Shown here one piece after another: positions 55,420 to 64,000 of a stretch of 64,000 nt of DNA. How positions within the stretch are numbered: the first letter of the stretch is position 1; each line of letters begins with the position of its first letter. The notes below the pieces were generated by a model. It did no database searches. It was not told the DNA's origin and was given only the letters and a program-made list of their open reading frames with translations. The stretch is taken from positions 46,314,001 through 46,378,000 of the forward strand of contig OX597835.1 of NCBI GenBank assembly GCA_951406725.2, read 5' to 3'. The position numbers and the translations under genes are program-made. Source of the DNA: Octopus vulgaris. Lineage: Eukaryota.

Positions 55420-55666
55420 GGAGGCGCGTGGCTTAGTGGTTAGGGTGTCGGCATCATGATCATAAGATTGTGGTTTCGATTCCTGGACCGGGCGATGCGT
55501 TGTGTTCTTGTGCCAAACACTTCATTTCATGTTGCTCCAGTCCACTCAGCTGGCAAAAATGAGTAACGCTGCGATGGACTGGTGTCCTGTCCAGCTGGGG
55601 AACACATACACCATTGAAACCGGGAAACCGGGCCCATGAGCCTCGCTAGGCTTTAAAAAGGCGCAT
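55420..55666 (+). mobile_element. tRNA-derived SINE family D
   Basis: TGGCTTAGTGG A box, GGTTTCGATTCC, core as at 51660-51722, then CTGCGATGGACTGG..TCCTGTCCAG (V-SINE-like motif, from memory). Confidence 0.82.
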
Positions 55667-55955
55667 TTATTTTTTATTATATAGATAAATAGATAGATAG
55701 ATATATGTGTGTTTGTATGTATTTACATATACACACATATATACACATACATGTATCATATGTGTATATAAATATATAATTATATACACTACTATGGCTG
55801 TGTGGTAAGAGGTTTCCTTCCTAGCCAATGGTTCTGAGTTTGATCCCACTTTGGGTCAATGTCTTCAATTATAACTTCGAGCCGATCAAGGCCGAAACAC
55901 CAAGTAGTGTGAAGGAGGGATCGCCGGAGGCAATGAGAGAGAATATGAAGGATTG

Positions 55956-56176
55956 CAGGGAGCGTAATAAGCTGTGGCCTGCAGGTTGCATGAGTCCTGC
56001 AAGTTGCATGAGTCCCGCAGGTTGCATGAGTCCTGTAGATTGCATGAGTCCTGCAGTACTTTCAGAAAGATAAGACTAATGAAAAATTAGTAGCTTGAAT
56101 TGTTTTAGTAATGTGACCTGCCTGATGATGAGTCATATCTCATGCGGCCCGCTTCTCGAAAAGGCTGCCCATGCAT
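55956..56176. mobile_element. Degenerate hAT-type MITE with an 18-bp subterminal tandem repeat
   Basis: (CCTGCAGGTTGCATGAGT) x4; end CATGCGGCCC...AAAAGGCTGCCCATGCATG. Confidence 0.45.
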
Positions 56177-57865
56177 GATATAAAGAATTATCGCATATGA
56201 TATTTACTGCCAGCTCCTATTGTTGTCCTCGCTCCAAAAACCACCTGATATCGTAATTCTAAAATCTGCAATCATTTGCTCTGAATTCTATGTTGCTTCA
56301 TTCTTCATTAAATATTTTCCTAATTATTGCTCACTTCGCCATACTATTGTTCTGTGGCCGGTTCAGATCGTGTATTATTTTTATGGAACTGAACTGGAGA
56401 GGAGAAATGTTGCCATTTCCTTGTAAAGCTCTGAGAAACAATAAGAATTTGCATACGTGAAAATATCTCGAGGCGCAGAACCAAGTCCATGGTTACCGTG
56501 ACAACTGGCACCAACTGTAGCAACAATAGCACCACTATCAACAACCATAGCAATAACACTATACTAAGGAGGAAGTCACTAGAGAGAAACGGCACTGAAG
56601 TCTAGCTAAAATCATGACCCATTATGGTGAAGAACGAAGGTACAGATTGGATGATTTAATGCAAATAAGCGAAACTATATCTTGTGTAAAGAGAAAACAT
56701 AGACGGTAAGGACACCTTTTGTGAGGTACATCAAAAACCACCTTTAAAATGTCTGAGTAACAATGTGAAGTATGATAAGAAATCGATTAATCAAGAATCA
56801 GAACGGGTACAATTCCATACAGAAGCGTACTCTAACCAATCTCCATGTGAGAGGTGCTTACTCCTCCCAGATAGAGTGACTTGACGTGGTTCCACAACAC
56901 GTTAGAAGTAGCAATCAAATTTTGCTCAAGTCCGACTGAATCGTCCCAGAGAAGAACAGGTTTTCTAAAAGATGGGATGTTTGCAGCTTCAATGATTTTG
57001 ATCATTGATCTACTCAATCAAGTCTGACTTAGGGTTGAAAGCTTTCAAGACAACAGCAACATAGGGTAGTGAACTGGGAGTGTCGGAAATGACAATGAAA
57101 ACTGCCACACATTGAGTCAAAATTCGGGTGGTTGTCGGTTTCTACTAGTAGGTCAAGTGAACAACTGGAGGCCTTCCACTTTGACTTAAAAATAACGATA
57201 ATGAATAACAAATTAGGATAACTACGCTCATTAAGCAACCATTTTAAATGCCTGATCAATCAAACTTTCCTAAAATTAAGAGGAGACATACTGAAACGAG
57301 GAAATTTATTGCCAAATAATAACAAAAACAAATTTTTCAGAAATAAAAAAAAAAAAAAAACAGAACACAAAACAAAAGACAAAACTATCCAATGGTATTT
57401 CGATCAGCATTTTTATTTATTTGTTTTGTCTTTTTCAGACAGTTCCATTGTATGAGGTAATTACCAACTTCCATTATGCAAAGACGAGGTTGATAATGTA
57501 TTTTTAATTTATTTTATTATAATTAATAATTGTTTTTTTTTTTTATTTTTTATTTTATTCCCTTACTCTTTCATTATGATTTGATTTCTTTCAATAAATT
57601 ATGTTTCTAAAATGAATTAAGCAATAAACCACGAGTCAAGTGAAAGGAGTTTTATTTTACCATTTTAACCTTTTACTTGTTTCGCTCATTAGACTGCGGC
57701 CATGCTGGGGCACCGCCTTGAAGATTTTTTTTTAGTTGAATGAATCGATCCCAATACTTTTTTTCTAAAGCTTGGTACTTATGCCGAACAGCTAAGTTAC
57801 GGGGAAGTAAACACACCAGCACCGGTTGTGAAGCGGTGGTGGGGGGAACAATAGACACGCACTCT

Positions 57866-57930
<65 letters not shown>

Positions 57931-58091
57931 ATATGTTACATTAACTCAATAGTCAAGATAAAACTCTGAGTTTCAGATGCCGAAGTGGAAATCCACAACA
58001 CCATCTCTTCGGTTATCTGGCCATCAGAAAAAACGGTATGAAAAAATAATATTGAGGTCTCTCTCTTACTTTTGTTATCTTACCGTTTTTA

Positions 58092-58123
<32 letters not shown>

Positions 58124-58125
58124 CG

Positions 58126-59212
58126 CAGGGGTTGGACAAACTAATGGAAAAACCTAGCATCATAGCATCACAATTTTGAGATGTCAAATAACTGTCAAAA
58201 GCTTCTTTATTTTTATGGTTTTTAAAAAATTTATTATTAGTGTTGCTTAATATGTTTTGCTAAAATTGCTGTTTCTTTTCAGATATCATCAGAAAAAGGT
58301 AATTAAAATTCATTAAAATGACTGGTCCATCGGACTTTCAAAGAGGTCGAATTGTTGGTGCTCGTATGGCAGTCGCTAGCATACGAAAACAGCCGAAATG
58401 TTTTGCGTATCAAGAAGTATTGTCTTGAAAGTAATGACAGCTTTTGAGAAAGAGGAAGAAAACCTTCTCGACAAAACAAAGCTCCGGAAGTAAACCAAAT
58501 CTTTCAGATAGGGACCTTACACGAATTGTTACAAAGGATCACAAAAGCACAGCTCCCCAAAGTACAGAGCTTAATGACCACCTCGAGAACCCAGTTTCCA
58601 CAAAAACTGTTCGCCAGGTGATGCACAAAGCTGGATTTCACGGGGGGATTTCAATCAGAAAACCACTACTTTCAAAAACAAACGTTGCAAAGCGTTTAGA
58701 GTGGAGTAAAATCCTACAGAATTGGTCCCTAGAGCAGTGGAAGAATCTTATTTTCTGAGACGAGTCATCCTTTACCTTATTTCCGACTACCGGCTGAGTA
58801 TACGTATAGAGACAGACAAAAAACATTTGACCCAGACTGCCTTTTTCCAACTGTTAAACATGGAGGAGGATTTGTGATGATCTGGGGTGGGCTATATCGA
58901 AAATTCTAGTGAAGTTAAACATCTTATCTGGCCACCACAGTCCCCAGATCTCAATATTATTGAACATTTATGGTGCATTTTACAATAACAAATAAGAAGA
59001 TGATGGATATACTCCACCATCATCACTACAAGAACTGGAGACTGCTTTAGCTGAAGAATGGACAAAAATTCCTTAAGAAACAATTTAAAGTTTGTAGGAG
59101 TCCATACCTCGCAAAATTCAAGCTGTAATCACTGCCAAAGGCGGTCCTACACCATATTAAAATAAATTTGTTTGAAAGTTTAAGGTGTTTCCATTATTTT
59201 GTCCAACCCCTG
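58126..59212 (+). mobile_element. Tc1 (DD34E) transposon with decayed transposase
   Basis: TIRs CAGGGGTTGGACAAA.TAATGGAAA / TTTCCATTATTTTGTCCAACCCCTG|TA; SDFQRGRIVGA, RKPLLS, DES, TVKHGGG.VMIWG, WPPQSPDLNIIEHLW, AVITAKGGPT. Confidence 0.95.
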
Positions 59213-59516
59213 TATATATATGACAGGATTCTTTCAGTTTCCATCTACCAAATCCATTCGCCAGGCTTTGGCCGGCTCAAATTTATAGTAAAAGACACTT
59301 GCTCAGGGTGCCACGCAGAGGGATTGAATTTGGAATTATGTAGTTGGGAAGCAGGCATCTTACCACACGGCCACGCCTAAACTACAAGAAAACAATCATC
59401 ATCAGCGATAACAGCAACAATAAATGATTAAATAAAGCAAATCAAATCAATTGAATGAGACCATTTAAAATAAGGTTTCCCACCCTTTCGTAGTTCAACC
59501 ACGCTTTAGCTGAACA

Positions 59517-59906
59517 TCTTTATATATAAAAGAGAGGTTGTGTGCTGTCTGTCTCCTGCGATTTAGATTCCTAACTACTCCCACATTTTGCGGTGCAGTT
59601 TAACCAAAACCGGGTATCTTATAGTCGTGATTCATATCGAGCCCTTCTTAGCGCGCGTCTACGATTAGTCTACGATTTAAAAAAAAAAATTACCATCAAT
59701 TTTTCCCATTTTTAATGCATTTTGGCATATATAAGGGAAGTAACTCTCTAAAAATTTATTATTAAATCTCAGAACGTAAAAAGCTACAGTAACACCCCCC
59801 TTTTGTGGTTAGCCATATTGAGATTGCTATTATACTTTACATCTCTAAAAATGCTTATATAGTTATTTCCCTTACAAACCCGAGCAACGCCGGGCGATAC
59901 TGCTAG
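59517..59906 (+). mobile_element. Complete non-autonomous Helitron
   Basis: A|TCTTTATATATAAAAG start, subterminal hairpin CCCG-AGCAACGC-CGGG, terminal CTAG|T. Confidence 0.88.
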
Positions 59907-60229
59907 TCATTTATAAAAGAATCAGTCGCATTTTTAAATAAACAAATAAATCTAATTTAACAAAAGCTAATTGATTTTATGCTGTGAATTATTATCCATT
60001 ATTTACTTGTGATATCCTGTCCTGTGTGGGACACTTTTTAGATATTTGCATGGACAAGCGTTCTCTATGTTAAATCTTTTATGGAAATGAATTTAAAAAA
60101 ACAAGGCTTATGCAACAAAATTATACTGGACGTTGGAGCATTATCAGTAATGTCTCTTCTCACTGTTAACACAAGGTTTGGCTTATGTTCTAATCCGGAC
60201 AAACGCATGTCTTTTGCATTTTACTCAAG

Positions 60230-61317
60230 ACTCTAACATAATTTAAGGCATTTCAAATTTTACCTTACAGTCTTTATATCTTCTTTGGCTTACTATTTCT
60301 GTTCTCTTTCTCGGCATAAGCTTACTATAAGGAATTTGTTTTGGGAATGCGCTCATCATCCAAAGTTGTTTCCTAATAACCATGGCTTATATTGAGGTGT
60401 TCCTTGCTTCAGCAAGAATCTCAAGAATGAATGAGGACCAAGTTATTCTGATTATGCAGCGAAGGCATTTTTGGTGAAGTCTTTCCGATATATTTACATG
60501 ACGCGTGTACATTGTCCACGTTTCGGAAGAATGCAACAGTGCAGAAAGAAGAAATAAAACCTATACAATGGTCTGAGAGTCAGCTTTGTGACCAGACTTT
60601 AGTTTCGAGGCTGTCATGGGCTTTTGCTGCCCTTCGAATACGAGAAGTTTTCATCAACGTGTACCATGCTACACAGGTATTCAAAAGTAGTCACCACATT
60701 AAACACTGTACAAGTTAATGAATTATAACTATTTTTTTTCGTTTTTCAAATTACTTGTGCGATCAAATATGTCACATGAAGAATCGAATGCAATAATTCG
60801 GTTCTGTAACTCATACTCAGCGTGATTTAACAGGTTATAGTCGTCCGCGTATAAAAGATCGCGTAACAGAGAATTAAATACCTTGGATTTAGAGTTCTTT
60901 CTTATCAGATCAAACATATTACCCAAGGAGAAGTATTGTTTATAGATGCAATCTTTTGAAGTTTCAAATGCATTTGAAAGCATAACTGCAAAATATATGG
61001 AGAAGATTGTTGGGACTATCTGTCAGTTTTTGGAAAAGTGCCTTCTCGTCTTCTCTAAGAGAGCCTTGATAAATGCATAGTCCCTAGGAAGAGTTGATGT
61101 AATCTTCAATATCTACCGACGACAAAAGAAATGCAGCGAAGGAAATATTTGTTTGTACCATTGTTGTATTAATCTTTGCAAAACTTTTCACAAAATTAAT
61201 AGGAATGCATTGTGGCAGGTGCTAAAGAATGGCAAAGGATATGAAGGCCCGAAGGCCCGGGTTAACTTTGGTAGAGCCCTGTCGGAATCATTTTCGGTTG
61301 AAAATGGAGTAAAGCAA
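60230..61317 (-). mobile_element. Degenerate RTE (BovB-like) LINE with an inverted 5' segment
   Basis: Minus 61020 to 60230: PTIFSIYF...LLRDLLYADD...ETWTMY..HQKCLR; plus ~61075-61317: VDVIF...INRNALW...SESFSVENGVKQ. Confidence 0.8.
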
Positions 61318-61520
61318 TACATATATACATACATACATACATACATACATACATACATACATACATACATACATACATACATACATACGTACGTACGTAC
61401 GTATGTATGTATGTATGTATGTAGGTATGTATGTATGTATGTATATATGTATGTATGTATGTATGTATGAATGTATGTATGTATGTATGTATGAATGTAT
61501 GTATGTATATATGTATATAT

Positions 61521-61570
<50 letters not shown>

Positions 61571-61927
61571 TGCTGAAATAAATTGATAGGTCTACTCATG
61601 CTCATGTCACATAAATGCAAATTTGTAATTAAATTAAGAATTAATTGAAACGGCTATAAGAATCGAAGATGACCAAAATCGTTAATAATAAATAATTGCT
61701 AATTTTCTTATCTCCATTTTCTTTTCCTTTCTTCTTTTAACTGGATATAAACAATATGTTATATATATATATATATATATATATATACTTAGATAAACTT
61801 AGATATGTTTCGACCAAAGATTGGTCCAGGCCACATCTAACTTAATAGCACCACCTCATAGGATTATTTGAATCCTGTTTAAGTCAAGTTTTGTTTATGG
61901 TCCATTCAAGTAGTGAGTTTTTGTTGG

Positions 61928-62032
<105 letters not shown>

Positions 62033-62616
62033 TTGTTAATTAGGAACTCATTGAGTTGAACAGAAGGGAATGGTAGGAAGGACAAGGTGTAATTTTTTTT
62101 TTGAAAATCGAGTTCTCTGTCAAAGAAAGACACGAAATGCCTAAATATCACTGACTACTGAAGTTCTTTATACAAAAGGAAGCAGAGCTTATATCACCTG
62201 TTCTATGTGAATGCATTACATCTTCAAACTGTTACATGCTTGGACACGGGAATGGGATACTTGTATTTGACACCGATGTCTCCATCGGATTAGTGCTGTA
62301 ATCTATGTCCAAAGCTGATTCAGTTGGGTTGACAATGTATGTTTGATGAAGGCTCAAGTGCAACGATTCTTTTGATAAGATTTTTGAAAAAATATATGTT
62401 CTCCGTATCTCATAATAAAAAAAAATCTATATAAAATCAGGGTTAACGCCATTTTCAGAACCCATCAAAGAAAAGCTTATGAATATATGTGTGTGTGTGT
62501 GTATATGTGTGTGTGTATGTGTGTGTGTGTGTGTGTGATGATGTAGGTGGTAATATTATGAAAATACATATGTCTCCCACTTTATCTATGTGTGTGATAT
62601 ATCGGATATATATATG

Positions 62617-62820
62617 TGTGTGTGGATGTATGTATGTGTATATAAATAATTTTGTACAAATTATATATCTCTCTATATATATACATATTAATGTATATAT
62701 ATATGTGTGTGTGTACATATATATTAATTAATTTATATATATGCGTGTGTGGATGTATGTATGTGTATATAAATAATTTTGTACAAATTATATATCTCTC
62801 TATATATATACATATTAATG

Positions 62821-62851
<31 letters not shown>

Positions 62852-62880
62852 ACATATATATTAATTAATTTATATATATA
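62617..62880. repeat. Tandem duplication of a ~125-bp microsatellite-rich unit
   Basis: GTGGATGTATGTATGTGTATATAAATAATTTTGTACAAATTAT... occurs twice. Confidence 0.85.
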
Positions 62881-63329
62881 TATATTTATTATTTATTTAT
62901 TTACTCACACATAATGATAAAGATCATTGAAATGAAGAATATTATAATTTTTAATAACAAACAAAAAAGCTTCTCTTTTTTTTTTCATCCATTAATGATG
63001 AGATTAATAGTCCGAAAAATCATAATCGTATTAACTTAGTTTGCATTATATATAATTATAAAATCGTTAATGAAGCTAAGTTAAATGGTTAATTTAAATT
63101 TCTTCTTCACTTTAATGTTCTGTTTATGCCTGCAGTCATTTTGGTACACCATCGAAGAGCTAGCGAAATAATTGTTAAATGAAGACGAAAAAAAAAACAA
63201 GACAATATGAATACAAAACAGTCAACATTAAACACTAAAAGTGAGTAGAAGGATGAGGTAAAAAAATCGAAGTGATAGGTTAAACATTTTTTTTTTCTTC
63301 TTTTTCGGGATTATGTGTTTTTCTTTCAT

Positions 63330-63750
63330 GCAGCTAATTGGCAGAGTCATTAGAGAGTTGGATATATCGCTTTGCGGTAATCGTTTCGGCTTTCTGCTCC
63401 TCGAGTTCACATCTCAACAATGTTTCATGGGTGGGGAGCGATAAATAAAGTACCAGTTTCGTAACCTTTGTCAATTCTTTTCTCTCTACGCAAACAATTA
63501 GCAAGATCAGCAGAGCGTCAGATATATTGCTTTGCGGTAATTGCGTCAGCTCTCTGCTCCACGAGTCCTTATCCCACCGAGGTTTCGCATGTCGATAAAT
63601 AAGATACCAGTGGCTTGACTGGAGCCGATTCTTTTCTTTCTCTAACTCTATCTATGCAGCTAATTGGCAGTCATTAGGGCATCGGATATGGTCCTTTGCG
63701 GTAATCGTTTCGGCTCTCTGCTCCTCCAGTTCAAATCCCACCAAGGTTCC
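63330..63750 (+). repeat. Tandem trimer of degenerate SINE family C-like units
   Basis: GATAT..CTTTGCGGTAAT...GCT.TCTGCTCC...AGT.C...CCCACC occurs three times at ~160-170-bp spacing. Confidence 0.7.
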
Positions 63751-64000
63751 AGAGTCGCTGTCCAGCTATGACCATTTGGGTCATCTGTGTTCTCTTCATT
63801 CTTCAGACTCTGAATTTGGAACTGATTTCACAAAAGTGTATATATTTAACGAAAACATGAAATCGCGAATGGTGGTTGGCTGTGGCGTAACGTTTTCGCC
63901 AGTTTCGGCACTTCAGTATGACTTGTAATTCATTCATCGGTAATTTATTCCTTGGTTCCACTGGGACAAAACCGGATTTGTACGCAGAACGGAAAATGCT

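Noticed and set aside
55978-56057. CRISPR-like array
   Set aside because: Head-to-tail repeats without spacers, in a eukaryotic context
56250-57290. Mid-GC stretch possibly from an old LINE
   Set aside because: No diagnostic motif recoverable by eye

Overview
This is AT-rich, microsatellite-saturated eukaryotic DNA. The SINE repertoire and the 5S variant suggest a cephalopod, probably an octopus (inference). No complete host gene is visible. The window starts inside a near-intact CR1/L2-group LINE: ORF1 carries a CCCH finger, ORF2 encodes APE endonuclease plus RT, and there are two 1-bp frameshifts, both in G runs. The rest is a mosaic of at least four tRNA-derived SINE families that swap modules, RTE, R4/Dong and Penelope fragments, Tc1/mariner, hAT, Helitron and Helentron-type DNA elements, a 5S rRNA pseudogene, and many short foldback modules embedded in (TA)n. 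Five observations stand out. (1) The LINE 3' end and the dominant SINE tail share a motif followed by a hairpin with covarying sequence, a candidate LINE-SINE partner pair. (2) Hammerhead-like motifs and foldbacks recur in short Penelope-like modules. (3) An RTE copy has a twin-priming-type 5' inversion. (4) A palindromic element is built from two transposon 3' ends. (5) Three minus-strand exon candidates, including a 15-nt microexon, could splice in frame. Most ORFs in the supplied track are translations of simple repeats.
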